From positions 3,249 to 67,248 of the forward strand of contig JAZULS010000046.1 in NCBI GenBank assembly GCA_045603205.1: DNA of 64,000 nt, written 5' to 3'. Position 1 is the stretch's first letter, and every line of letters starts with the position of its first letter. The position numbers and the translations under genes are program-made. This document shows, one piece after another, positions 29,249-38,911 of this stretch. The notes under the pieces are model-generated. The model did no database searches. It saw only the letters and a list, made by a program, of their open reading frames with translations, and was not told the DNA's origin. This DNA comes from Eubacteriales bacterium. Lineage in GTDB: Bacteria > Bacillota > Clostridia > Oscillospirales > CAG-272.

Positions 29249-29390
29249 TTTCGTCGTGTGAATAAAGTTTGAAATATAAATGCGAACGCTTTCTTGTTCG
29301 ACAGCTTATTTCAAGCGGCTTTTATGCTGTAACCGCACAAAGATGTGGTATACACAAGGCATGATTTTAAGTTTGAATGAGGTGAAAAAA

Positions 29391-29609
29391 ATGAAATCCG
29401 GAATCCATCCTAATTACGAAGAAGTAACCATTCGCTGCGCTTGCGGTGAAACTGTTAAGACTCGTTCCACAAAGGGAGATGCAAACGGCGAAATTCGTGT
29501 TGACATTTGCTCCAAGTGCCATCCTTTCTTCACAGGAAAGCAGAAGTTCGTTGACGTCGGCGGTCGTGTTGACAAGTTCAAGAAGCGTCTTCAGATGAGC
29601 GGAAAATAA
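29391..29609 (+). CDS. rpmE: 50S ribosomal protein L31 (type A, Cys-containing)
   Basis: The ORF track gives 29280..29609. ATG 29391 follows GAGGTGA and gives [20 protein letters not shown]...[13 protein letters not shown], the canonical L31. Confidence 0.93.
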   Translation: MKSGIHPNYEEVTIRCACGETVKTRSTKGDANGEIRVDICSKCHPFFTGKQKFVDVGGRVDKFKKRLQMSGK

Positions 29610-29638
29610 TTTTTTCGTATTGTTTTGTCCGTAGATTT

Positions 29639-29689
29639 GTCGGACAGGTTAAGCGGGTCTAGTAATCTGCCATCCTGTCCGACTTTTTC
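29639..29689 (+). terminator. Terminator after rpmE (long-loop hairpin plus T-run)
   Basis: GTCGGACAGG (29639-29648) pairs with CCTGTCCGAC (29674-29683) and is followed by TTTTT. An alternative upstream hairpin TGTCCG/CGGACA lies at 29626-29646. Confidence 0.6.
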
Positions 29690-29724
29690 TCTTTATTGGC
29701 TAAAAATGAAAGGAAACGTGCCTA

Positions 29725-31020
29725 ATGAATGAAAGATTTAACGACGGAAATAAGAAGACGATTCTTTGTTCCGTATATACTTCCTCCGAGGAAAATGAAG
29801 CCAAAGTTAGCCTTGAGGAGCTTGAAAGACTTCTCGAAACAGCAGGCGGTGAAGTCGCGGCTATTCTGACTCAAGTACGAGAGGCGCCCGACAGACGCAC
29901 GGTTATCGGAAGCGGTAAGTGTCAGGAACTCTCTGACCTTTGCCGTGATCTTGAAGTGTCCCTCGTTGTCTTTGACTGCGAGCTGTCTCCGTCACAGATA
30001 AAATCTCTCGAAGATGAAATTGATTCAGACGTACAGGTCATCGACCGCAGTATGCTGATCCTTGATATATTTGCTGCTCACGCACGTTCTGCCGAGGGCA
30101 CACTTCAGGTAGAATTGGCTCAGCTTAAATATACAGCACCTCGACTTGTGGGTCACGGTCGGGAAATGTCCCGTCTCGGTGGTGCGGCGGCAGGTTATAT
30201 CGGTTCCCGAGGACCCGGTGAAACAAAGCTTGAGATCGACACACGCCGCGTCAGAGCCCGTATCGCCGCTCTTGAGCGTGAACTTGAGGACGTAGCAAGA
30301 GCAAGAGAGGTCATCCGCCACTCCAGAGAGAGAAGCGGTATGAAACGTTGTGCTATCGTGGGTTACACCAACGCAGGAAAATCGACTCTCCTTAACAGAC
30401 TCACCGAAGCCGGAATCCTTGCCGAGGACAAGCTGTTCGCTACACTCGATACAACTACCCGTAAATATACACTTCCCGGCGGAAGTGAGGTCCTTCTTAC
30501 CGACACGGTAGGATTTATCCGCAATCTGCCTCACCACCTTATCAACGCATTCCGTTCGACTCTCGAAGAAGTGGTATACTCCGATCTTCTTATGATCATA
30601 ATCGACGCTTCCGACCCGGAGTTTGCCGCTCACTTAAAGGTCACCGAGGAGCTTCTTGATGATCTGGGAGCCGCAGAAAAGCCGAAGCTCTACGTTATGA
30701 ATAAGTGCGATTCTATGGTTGACAGAGATGCCCTTAATAGAATTGTTACGGGAAATAACGGCGAATTTGCGGCAATCTCCGCTCTTACGGGCGAAGGCAT
30801 TGACGACATGATCGAAAAGCTTGAAACGATGCTTGGAGCAGGTCTCCGACGTGTAAAATTCCGCCTGCCTATGTCAGCGGGTGCAATAGTCAGTGAGATA
30901 TACTCCTCTGCCGAAAATGTTGAAGCAGAGTATCTTTCAGACAGTGTCGAAGTTACCGCTACAGTTGACGAAAAACTTTACGGCAAGTATTCGTCATATA
31001 TCTGCGAGGAGCATGCCTGA
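29725..31020 (+). CDS. hflX: GTPase HflX
   Basis: 431 aa with an HflX N-terminal domain (LDIFA.HA.S.EG.LQVELAQL.Y) and G motifs GYTNAGKST, DTVGF and NKCD. Confidence 0.92.
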   Translation: MNERFNDGNKKTILCSVYTSSEENEAKVSLEELERLLETAGGEVAAILTQVREAPDRRTVIGSGKCQELSDLCRDLEVSLVVFDCELSPSQIKSLEDEIDSDVQVIDRSMLILDIFAAHARSAEGTLQVELAQLKYTAPRLVGHGREMSRLGGAAAGYIGSRGPGETKLEIDTRRVRARIAALERELEDVARAREVIRHSRERSGMKRCAIVGYTNAGKSTLLNRLTEAGILAEDKLFATLDTTTRKYTLPGGSEVLLTDTVGFIRNLPHHLINAFRSTLEEVVYSDLLMIIIDASDPEFAAHLKVTEELLDDLGAAEKPKLYVMNKCDSMVDRDALNRIVTGNNGEFAAISALTGEGIDDMIEKLETMLGAGLRRVKFRLPMSAGAIVSEIYSSAENVEAEYLSDSVEVTATVDEKLYGKYSSYICEEHA

Positions 31021-31021
31021 A

Positions 31022-31666
31022 ATGGAATCGGGAAAGATAAAAAACAAGGTTACCCTTTATAAGTCAGCCGAAGCGGAGATAATCGAGAAGAAATCCCGTT
31101 TCATCGGTCACGCTACTCCCGTGAAAAGCGAGGCCGAGGCACAGGAATTCGTCTCTGAGATGAAGCGTAAATACGCAGATGCCACCCATAACGTCTATGC
31201 CTACTATCTTAACGGCGGAGCCATAGCAAGATGCAGTGACGACGGCGAGCCTCAGGGAAGCTCGGGCTATCCTACATTGAACGCACTCAAGACCTGCGGA
31301 GCTGATGATCTTTGTGTCGTCGTCACCCGTTACTTTGGCGGAACTCTCCTTGGTACTGCAGGACTTGCAAGAGCCTACGCCGCGGCGGCAAGAGCGGCTA
31401 TCGAGGCGTCGGGGTTTGCCGTTTACGAGAATTTCACAATCGTTATGATCGAAGTGGGTTACTCCGAATATCAGCGACTGACAGTAGCTCTGAAGAACGA
31501 GGGAATCACCGAAGAGGATACCGATTTTGCAGAAGCTGTCACCGTAACTGCGGCAGTTCCCGAAGGAAAGCTTGACAGGCTTAATACACTCGTCAGGGAC
31601 CTTTCCCAAGGAAAATCAACGCTGGAAATTATAGAAATCCAGGAAAGACTCAGACCCCTCCTGTAA
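31022..31666 (+). CDS. YigZ/IMPACT family protein (UPF0029)
   Basis: The ORF track gives 30893. ATG 31022 (or 31013) lies just at the hflX stop. EIIEKKSRFIGHA.PV, HNVYAY and DDGEP.G..G.P are YigZ motifs. Confidence 0.8.
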   Translation: MESGKIKNKVTLYKSAEAEIIEKKSRFIGHATPVKSEAEAQEFVSEMKRKYADATHNVYAYYLNGGAIARCSDDGEPQGSSGYPTLNALKTCGADDLCVVVTRYFGGTLLGTAGLARAYAAAARAAIEASGFAVYENFTIVMIEVGYSEYQRLTVALKNEGITEEDTDFAEAVTVTAAVPEGKLDRLNTLVRDLSQGKSTLEIIEIQERLRPLL

Positions 31667-31798
31667 AAAGTAAAAAAAGTATTACTTGCGTATATTAGGT
31701 GTAATTATTAAGCATAATAATGAGTTTTTTGAATTATTATTGAAATTTCGGGCGCTTTTTGAGCCAATTTCTTAACTGCGTCAAACAGGAGGGATTCT

Positions 31799-32827
31799 AT
31801 GTTTGGAACTTCTAAGACCCTGCGCGACATATTCAACGAAAGGGAACAGCTTACCTTGTCTCCCCGTGCATTTCGCACATCGGAAACGAGAGGACGTGAG
31901 ATCCCTTGCAAGCCCTGCGTCAACCGCACTGAATTTCAGCGTGACCGTGATAGGATAATTCATTCAAAATCCTTCAGACGTCTTATGCACAAGACTCAGG
32001 TGTTCCTTTGCCCCGCAGGAGAACACTATCGCACCAGACTTACCCATACTCTTGAGGTTGCACAGATAGCACGAATCATCGCACGGGCACTGCTTCTGAA
32101 TGAAGACCTTTGTGAAGCCGGTGCTCTCGGACACGATCTTGGTCATACCCCCTTCGGACATGCAGGCGAGCGAGTGATGCAGAAATGCTTCTCAGCAGAC
32201 TTCACTCACTACAAGCAGAGTCTCCGAGTTGTGGAAAAACTTGAGAATAACGGAGAGGGGCTAAACCTTACGTGGGAAGTCCGTGATGCTATCGTGAATC
32301 ATACGGGAGACAACACTGCGGCGACTTTAGAAGGCGCTATAATGCGTTTTGCCGACAGAATTGCCTATATAAATCACGATATCGACGACGCCTGCCGTGC
32401 TGGTATACTTTCCATCGACGATATACCTAAGCACTTGAGTGACGTGCTCGGCAGATCCCACGGAACCAGAATAAATACTATGGTAACCTCCGTTATCGAA
32501 GCCAGTACCGATTCTGACCAAATAAAGATGACTCCCGAGGTAGCAGAAGCCACGGACGAGCTTCGGGACTTCCTTTTTCAAAACGTATATTTTGATTCTC
32601 AGGCGAAGAAGGAAGAGAAAAAGGCTATGGAGCTTCTTGAGGCTCTCTACGCACACTATAAGGAGTATCCCGAAAAACTTCCCGGAATCTATGGAGAAAA
32701 CCTCAAAACCGAGTCTGTGGACAGATGCGTGTGTGACTTTTTGTCAAGCATGACAGACAGATATGCAATAAACCTTTACAAAGAAATATTTATACCCAGC
32801 ATCTGGCATCCGCCGGGTGAGATTTGA
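31799..32827 (+). CDS. dgt: dGTP triphosphohydrolase-like HD-domain protein
   Basis: 342 aa. FQRDRDRIIHSKSFRRL..KTQVF and RLTHTLEVAQI..., HDLGHTPFGH are the dGTPase family signature. It lies upstream of dnaG. Confidence 0.88.
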   Translation: MFGTSKTLRDIFNEREQLTLSPRAFRTSETRGREIPCKPCVNRTEFQRDRDRIIHSKSFRRLMHKTQVFLCPAGEHYRTRLTHTLEVAQIARIIARALLLNEDLCEAGALGHDLGHTPFGHAGERVMQKCFSADFTHYKQSLRVVEKLENNGEGLNLTWEVRDAIVNHTGDNTAATLEGAIMRFADRIAYINHDIDDACRAGILSIDDIPKHLSDVLGRSHGTRINTMVTSVIEASTDSDQIKMTPEVAEATDELRDFLFQNVYFDSQAKKEEKKAMELLEALYAHYKEYPEKLPGIYGENLKTESVDRCVCDFLSSMTDRYAINLYKEIFIPSIWHPPGEI

Positions 32828-32877
32828 TTAAGATTACATATTATTTTTAAAAGTGTGGAAACCATTAACCTGAATTT

Positions 32878-34626
32878 ATGAGAATACCAAATAGTGTTAT
32901 AGAAGAAATCAGATACCGATGCGACATTGAAGACGTGATCTCGTCTTATGTGTCCATCAAACGAGCAGGGTCTAATTTGAAGGGACTTTGCCCGTTCCAT
33001 AGCGAGAAAACACCGTCTTTTGTTGTCTATAAAGACACCCAAAGTTATTACTGCTTCGGTTGCGGTGCCGGCGGAGACGTTATTAACTTCATAATGCGTC
33101 AGGAAAACTTAGACTACGTGTCCGCTGTTGAGTTTCTTGCAAAAAGAGCGGGTATAACCCTTCCTGATTTCGATGCAAAAAACGGCGAAGGACTAAGAGA
33201 AGGTCCGAGCCGTACCCGTATTCTGCAGATGAACGTAGAAGCGGCAAAATATTTCAGAAATATGCTTTTCGACGAGCGTATCGGTGCCGATGCAAGGGGA
33301 TACCTTATATCCTCAAGAGCACTTCACAGCACCGTCGTCAAGCATTTCGGTCTTGGATATGCTCCAAATAGCTGGAACTCTCTCAGAGACCATCTGAGAA
33401 GCCTTGGCTACACTTACGAGGAGATGGCGGCGGCTAACCTTTGTAATAAGGGTGAGAAGAGTTACTATGACTCATTCCGCGGCAGAGTAATGTTTCCCAT
33501 AATTGACGTGTCGGGAAATATCGTAGCCTTCGGAGGCAGAGTTTTAGACGACTCCAAGCCCAAATATCTTAACTCAGCCGATACTCCTGCCTTTAAGAAA
33601 AGCAAGAACCTCTTCGCTCTCAATTATGCGAAGAAGACCGAAGAAAGCTTCTTTATAATCTGCGAAGGCTATATGGATGTTATCGCCCTCCATGCCGCGG
33701 GATTTACAAATGCGGTGGCGACTCTCGGTACCGCTATCACGCCGGAGCATGCAAGAATAATCAAGAGATACGTTTCAAAGGTAGTCCTTGCTTACGACGG
33801 TGACGAGGCAGGTCAAAAAGCTTCCGACAGAGCAGTGAAACTTCTTGCCGATGCGGGAGTTGACTCAAAGATCCTCGTTATGCGAGACGCCAAGGACCCC
33901 GATGAATTCATCAAAAAGTTCGGTAGAGAAGCGTTCAGACGACTTCTTGACGAAAGCAGGTCCCGTTTCGATTATATTATCGAGAAAACCTGTAAAAAAT
34001 ACAATATGGCAAACGCCGACGACAAGATAAAAGCAGGAGCAGAATTGTGCCGTGAGATCGCAAATACCTATTCCAAGATCGAACGGGATATATACATCGC
34101 AAAAACTGCCGAAGCCCTGGGATTTGACCCGAAAAGTGTTGCGCTTGACGTGGATGCTGCAATAAAACGAGCGGCAAAGGCAGACAAAAAGAAACAAACG
34201 GAAGACCTTATCAGAGTAACCTCGGGACTTTCCGACAGAATTAATCCCGATTTTGCAAAACGGCCTAAGATCGCTAAGATCGAAGAGGATCTGCTCGGAA
34301 TGCTTATGATCCATCCCGAGTTTCTCTCCGTCAAAGACGAAGATGCTTCCCTTGAGGCAACGGATTTCTTCACGGAATTCGGTAAAAAACTGTTTTCCTT
34401 CATCAAGGAATCCGAGGAAGCGGACGGATTCAGCGTCAGCAGTCTTTCGGAGAGCTTTACCCACGACGAAGTTTCAAGAGCAATGAAGATGCACCTTGCC
34501 CGTCGTGAACTTACAAATAACGAAGAATCGTACAAGGTCAACGTAAAATATCTCAAACGTGAGATGAGTAAAGACTCGGGTAATTCACTTGAAGACATTA
34601 TTGCCCGTAAAAGAGACAAGCATTAA
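32878..34626 (+). CDS. dnaG: DNA primase DnaG
   Basis: 582 aa with the zinc finger CPFHSEKTPSF....YYCFGCGAGGD and a TOPRIM domain (EGYMDVI, AYDGDEAG). Confidence 0.95.
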   Translation: MRIPNSVIEEIRYRCDIEDVISSYVSIKRAGSNLKGLCPFHSEKTPSFVVYKDTQSYYCFGCGAGGDVINFIMRQENLDYVSAVEFLAKRAGITLPDFDAKNGEGLREGPSRTRILQMNVEAAKYFRNMLFDERIGADARGYLISSRALHSTVVKHFGLGYAPNSWNSLRDHLRSLGYTYEEMAAANLCNKGEKSYYDSFRGRVMFPIIDVSGNIVAFGGRVLDDSKPKYLNSADTPAFKKSKNLFALNYAKKTEESFFIICEGYMDVIALHAAGFTNAVATLGTAITPEHARIIKRYVSKVVLAYDGDEAGQKASDRAVKLLADAGVDSKILVMRDAKDPDEFIKKFGREAFRRLLDESRSRFDYIIEKTCKKYNMANADDKIKAGAELCREIANTYSKIERDIYIAKTAEALGFDPKSVALDVDAAIKRAAKADKKKQTEDLIRVTSGLSDRINPDFAKRPKIAKIEEDLLGMLMIHPEFLSVKDEDASLEATDFFTEFGKKLFSFIKESEEADGFSVSSLSESFTHDEVSRAMKMHLARRELTNNEESYKVNVKYLKREMSKDSGNSLEDIIARKRDKH

Positions 34627-34678
34627 GTAGGACAGTACAGCAGAGCCCCAACTTACGGGGAATGACATACGGAGTGAC

Positions 34679-35758
34679 ATGGAATATTCAGAAAAAAATA
34701 ACTTAGAACAGTTTATCGAGAAGGCAAAGGAACAGGGAAGCGTCAGCGAATCAGACGTAATTCAGCTGGCGGAGAAAAACGGCTTTACACCGGACCGTTT
34801 TGAGGACCTTTGTGAGCTTATAGAAGGAAGCGGTATTGAGATCAAGAACGGTGAAGGACTTGATGAGGAATTAGGCGAGGAGTCCGACAGAGGAATCGAC
34901 AAGGTTCTCTCCGAGGAAGGAGTTGCCTTTGATGACCCTGTCAGAATGTATCTGAAAGATATCGGACGTATTCCTCTTCTTACTATCGAGAGGGAGCAGC
35001 TGCTTTCCGAGCGAATTGCCGCAGGAGACGAAAAAGCTAAAAAGGAGCTTGTCGAGGCTAACCTGAGACTTGTAGTAAGTATTGCAAAGCGTTACGTCGG
35101 TAAAGGTATTTACTTCCTTGATCTGATCCAAGAGGGTAACCTTGGTCTTATGAAGGCGGGTGAAAAATTCGATTATACCAAAGGTTATAAATTCTCTACC
35201 TACGCGACTTGGTGGATCAGACAGTCCATCACCAGAGCTATCGCCGATCAGGCAAGAACCATTCGAATCCCCGTTCATATGGTGGAGACCATCCATAAGG
35301 TGTCCAGAACGTCCCGAGAGCTTCTCCAAAAGCTTGGAAGAGAACCTTCCATTGAAGAGATCTCCGAAGTGCTTGGAATGAACCCCGACAGAGTCAGAGA
35401 GATCATCAAAACCGCGCAAGAGCCCGTTTCCCTTGAAACTCCCGTGGGTGAAGAGGAAGACACACATCTTGCGGATTTCATACAGGATGATTCTACTCCC
35501 ACTCCCTCGGAGGCTGTGTCCTTCCAACTTCTGAAGGAACAGCTTGATAAGGTTCTTCACACACTCTCTCCCAGAGAGGAAATGGTTATAAAACTCAGAT
35601 TCGGATTTGATGACGGCCGTCCTCGCACTCTTGAAGAGGTCGGGGCCGAATTCAATATCACCAGAGAGAGAATACGCCAGATCGAAGCCAAAGCTCTTCG
35701 TAAACTGAGACATCAGAGCCGTTCAAAACTTTTGAAAGGCTTTTTGAGTGACAACTGA
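34679..35758 (+). CDS. sigA: Primary RNA polymerase sigma factor (SigA/RpoD)
   Basis: 359 aa with a region 1.1-like N-terminus, then [11 protein letters not shown], region 2 ([32 protein letters not shown]), and regions 3 and 4 ([28 protein letters not shown]). It follows dnaG, as in the conserved operon. Confidence 0.93.
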   Translation: MEYSEKNNLEQFIEKAKEQGSVSESDVIQLAEKNGFTPDRFEDLCELIEGSGIEIKNGEGLDEELGEESDRGIDKVLSEEGVAFDDPVRMYLKDIGRIPLLTIEREQLLSERIAAGDEKAKKELVEANLRLVVSIAKRYVGKGIYFLDLIQEGNLGLMKAGEKFDYTKGYKFSTYATWWIRQSITRAIADQARTIRIPVHMVETIHKVSRTSRELLQKLGREPSIEEISEVLGMNPDRVREIIKTAQEPVSLETPVGEEEDTHLADFIQDDSTPTPSEAVSFQLLKEQLDKVLHTLSPREEMVIKLRFGFDDGRPRTLEEVGAEFNITRERIRQIEAKALRKLRHQSRSKLLKGFLSDN

Positions 35759-35836
35759 GTGTCTGACTTGAGCGATTTGACGATTGAACATTAAAATTGT
35801 CTCAAATTTCCCAAAGGAAAGGTATTTGATTTTAAT

Positions 35837-36934
35837 ATGATGCACGATAACAATATGGAAAACCGCGACAACATTAACGCAGAAATGTTTGAAAATATCT
35901 GTAACTCAACAAATTCCATCAATTCTGACGATAGAGAGTTCGACAGAGACTCTGACGTTGTATTTGCCAAGGGTTTCGATCCTGACAATATGTCTATGGA
36001 TGCCGATGAGTTCATGATGTCTGAAGAACTTGCCGAAATTGAGCAGGATACCATCAACGGTACGTCTCCCGAGGAGATTGAGTCTTTCCTCAAGCAGGAA
36101 GACCTTCCCGTTGACGACCCGGTCAGAATGTATCTCAAGGATATCGGTAAAGTGCCGCTTCTTTCCGCCGAAAGAGAGGTGGAGCTTGCCCAGAAGCTGC
36201 TTGAAGGCGATGAAGCCGCAAAAAATCAGCTTGTTGAGGCTAACCTCAGACTCGTTGTCAGCATTGCTAAGAGATATGTCGGGAAGGGAATGTACTTCCT
36301 TGATCTTATCCAGGAAGGAAACCTCGGACTTATCAAGGCTGTGGAAAAATTCGACTATACTAAGGGATATAAATTCTCTACCTACGCGACTTGGTGGATC
36401 AGACAGGCTATTACCCGCTCAATCGCTGATCAGGCAAGAACCATTCGTATCCCCGTACATATGGTAGAGACTATCCATAAGGTGTCAAGAGCGTCAAGAC
36501 AGCTCATTCAGGATCTGGGACGTGATCCTACAGCGAGCGAGATCGGTGCGCAGATCGGAATGGATGCCGATAAGGTTAGAGAGATCATGAAGATCGCACA
36601 GGATCCCATCTCTCTTGAAACACCTATTGGCGAAGAAGACGACAGCCACCTCGGTGACTTTATCATGGACAGCGAGACTATGGCTCCCTCCGACGCTGCT
36701 TCCTATCAGCTCATGAGAGAACAGCTTAACAGCGTACTTGCTACTCTCACACCCAGAGAAGAGCTCGTCTTAAAGCTCAGATTCGGTCTTACTGACGGTC
36801 GCGCGAGAACACTTGAAGAGGTCGGACAGGAATTTAACATTACAAGAGAGCGTATTCGTCAGATCGAAGCTAAGGCGCTTCGTAAGCTCAGACATCCCAG
36901 CCGTTCCAAGCGACTTAAGGATTACCTGAACTAA
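35837..36934 (+). CDS. Second primary-like (group 1/2) sigma-70 factor, tandem paralogue of SigA
   Basis: 365 aa. Regions 1.2-4.2 are closely similar to the upstream SigA (for example [38 protein letters not shown] and [21 protein letters not shown]). The first ~95 aa are an unrelated acidic, Asn/Asp/Met-rich segment. Confidence 0.88.
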   Translation: MMHDNNMENRDNINAEMFENICNSTNSINSDDREFDRDSDVVFAKGFDPDNMSMDADEFMMSEELAEIEQDTINGTSPEEIESFLKQEDLPVDDPVRMYLKDIGKVPLLSAEREVELAQKLLEGDEAAKNQLVEANLRLVVSIAKRYVGKGMYFLDLIQEGNLGLIKAVEKFDYTKGYKFSTYATWWIRQAITRSIADQARTIRIPVHMVETIHKVSRASRQLIQDLGRDPTASEIGAQIGMDADKVREIMKIAQDPISLETPIGEEDDSHLGDFIMDSETMAPSDAASYQLMREQLNSVLATLTPREELVLKLRFGLTDGRARTLEEVGQEFNITRERIRQIEAKALRKLRHPSRSKRLKDYLN

Positions 36935-37067
36935 GGTAAAATGTAGGGTTGTTATAACCGACAAATAGGGCTTTGGGTTTTTGTTTAATATCAACAATTG
37001 TCAAAAAACTTTAATAAATTATTTAATAAATATGTCTGCGTAAACCGCGGCAAAACGCTAAAACGCC

Positions 37068-37096
37068 TTGACAAATTTTGATGTAAGGTGTATAAT
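37068..37096 (+). promoter_or_regulatory. Sigma-A type promoter (TTGACA-17-TATAAT, extended TG)
   Basis: TTGACA at 37068-37073 and TATAAT at 37091-37096, preceded by GTG. Confidence 0.75.
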
Positions 37097-37153
37097 ATTT
37101 TATGATTAATCGGTATATTAATGATCATATCGAGACTGAGGAGGACCCCGAAA

Positions 37154-38863
37154 ATGAGTAAGAAGCTTTTATGTATGTTCTTGTGTCTGATTATGATGCT
37201 TGTTCCCGTACTTACTGCTTGTAACAACACTGACGAAGCAGAAAAAGAGGGTACAGCAGCTGAGGAAAAGACCACTCGCGAACCGCTGACTTTGTCCTTG
37301 TGGATTCCCACAAACGAAAATACTACAGAAGAAGCACTTGAACTGGTTGAAGCTGAGATCAACAGACTCACTACCGCAAAGTATAACACAGCTATTGAGC
37401 TTAACGCTATTGCTGAAGACGAATACGAGGCTATGATCGAGAACAAGCTTACCAGCATCGACGATGTTAAACGTGCTGCTGAGGAAGCCGCTGAATCTGA
37501 AAGACTCCAGCAGATCGCAGACGCTGAAGCCGGTATCATTCGCGACGGTAACGAGGCACTTCTCGAGTCTCAGTCCGGAAACGAAACTGAAGAAGCTCCC
37601 GAGAAGGAAGAGGCTTCTGAGGACGATGACGTTGTTGTATATCCCGAGGTTGAGGACGATCAGCTTGACATCTTCCTTGTTAAGGGATACGATTCCTATA
37701 TGGATTACGTAGAAAATGAGCTCGTTGAACCTCTCGATATGGCTATCGCAGAAGTAGGAAGTAAGCTCAGATCCTACATTTATCCCACCTTCCTCGAACT
37801 TGCTAAGGTTAATAGTTCTACATACGGAATTCCCAATAACCACGTAATTGGTGAATATGAGTACCTCCTTGTAAATAAGGAACTTGTTGAAAAGTATGAC
37901 TACAGCCCTGAGGAGCTTACCACTCTTACAGAATGTGAAGCATTCATCAAGGATATCGGAAGTCAGAACATCAAGGGTGTAACACCTCTTCTCGGCCAGT
38001 GTGAGCCCGCTAATATGGTGTATTTCTCATCTAACGGCGGTTGGTCACTTATCGGAGCACAGATCAAGTCCGGTACATCCTACAAGAATCCTACCGCATT
38101 CCCTGTAAATGTTATCACCGAAACAGACTATCCTGTTGTATACGGTATGATGAAGCGTCTTAACAAGCTCGGTTACGTTGGTGACGGTAACCTTGAGAAC
38201 AACAAGAAGTTTGCTGTCGGCGTTGTTTCAGGTGACTATACTGTTGCAGAGCAGTATGCTGATGATTACTATATCAACATCCATGCAGCACCTATGGCTA
38301 CAGTAGATGATGTTTTCGAGTCCGTATTCTGCGTAAGTTCTTATACCAAGAACGTAACCCGTGCTGTGGAGATCCTTACATATCTCAATACTGACGAGAC
38401 ATTCAGAACTGTTCTTCAGTACGGTGTTGAGGGTACACATTGGCGTTCCAAGCTTGAGTCCGGCGAAACCGTTATCGATATTATCAGCGAAGACTATGCT
38501 ATGAATATCGTTGATACAGGTAACGTATACCTCACATATCCTGCAGAAGGCGTTTCCATGAATGCTTGGAAGGATGCAATGCAGCAGAACCTTGATTCCG
38601 TTGCTAACCCCTACATCGGATTTGATGCAAAGTTTAAGGAGCAGATCGGCTTCGCAAAGATCAATGAGCTTACAACTCTGTCCAATCAGTACATGAACAA
38701 GCTTAATGATCTTGATGCAGAAGGTTATGATGCAGGAATCTCCGGAATTGTTGTAGAACTTCAGCTCAACGCTCTTCTTAAGGGACTTCTCTCTGAAGAG
38801 ATAGTAGAAGGCTTTGACAGTTCATTCCCCGTTGCTTACACACTCTTCGACGCAATGAAGTAA
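37154..38863 (+). CDS. Extracellular solute-binding lipoprotein (ABC transporter family-1 SBP-like), orphan
   Basis: The ORF track gives 37121. ATG 37154 follows GAGGAGGA and gives the lipoprotein signal MSKKLLCMFLCLIMMLVPVLTAC. The large alpha/beta body resembles LipO/YtcQ-type sugar-binding proteins. No permease or ATPase genes are adjacent. Confidence 0.65.
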   Translation: MSKKLLCMFLCLIMMLVPVLTACNNTDEAEKEGTAAEEKTTREPLTLSLWIPTNENTTEEALELVEAEINRLTTAKYNTAIELNAIAEDEYEAMIENKLTSIDDVKRAAEEAAESERLQQIADAEAGIIRDGNEALLESQSGNETEEAPEKEEASEDDDVVVYPEVEDDQLDIFLVKGYDSYMDYVENELVEPLDMAIAEVGSKLRSYIYPTFLELAKVNSSTYGIPNNHVIGEYEYLLVNKELVEKYDYSPEELTTLTECEAFIKDIGSQNIKGVTPLLGQCEPANMVYFSSNGGWSLIGAQIKSGTSYKNPTAFPVNVITETDYPVVYGMMKRLNKLGYVGDGNLENNKKFAVGVVSGDYTVAEQYADDYYINIHAAPMATVDDVFESVFCVSSYTKNVTRAVEILTYLNTDETFRTVLQYGVEGTHWRSKLESGETVIDIISEDYAMNIVDTGNVYLTYPAEGVSMNAWKDAMQQNLDSVANPYIGFDAKFKEQIGFAKINELTTLSNQYMNKLNDLDAEGYDAGISGIVVELQLNALLKGLLSEEIVEGFDSSFPVAYTLFDAMK

Positions 38864-38877
38864 TTTTTCCAAAAATA

Positions 38878-38911
38878 AAAGCTTGTACGGTTTTCCGTGC
38901 AAGCTTTTTTG
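38878..38911 (+). terminator. Rho-independent terminator
   Basis: Hairpin AAAGCTTGTACGG-tttt-CCGTGCAAGCTTT followed by TTTT. Confidence 0.88.

Noticed and set aside
29626-29689. Two mutually exclusive hairpins (TGTCCG/CGGACA versus GTCGGACAGG/CCTGTCCGAC plus a T-run) lie just upstream of hflX. I considered them as an antibiotic-responsive attenuator of the kind described for resistance-type hflX genes.
   Set aside because: I found no leader peptide ORF upstream of the structure. The element sits directly after rpmE and is adequately explained as its terminator. The 8-codon ORF at 29706 overlaps the hflX RBS region and lies downstream of the T-run.
36991-37539. A 182-aa Ser/Ala-rich minus-strand ORF overlaps the start of the solute-binding protein gene.
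   Set aside because: It is the reverse-complement image of the Glu/Ala-rich acidic insert (GAA/GCT codons read as TTC/AGC). It also runs through the plus-strand promoter, so it is not credible as a gene.
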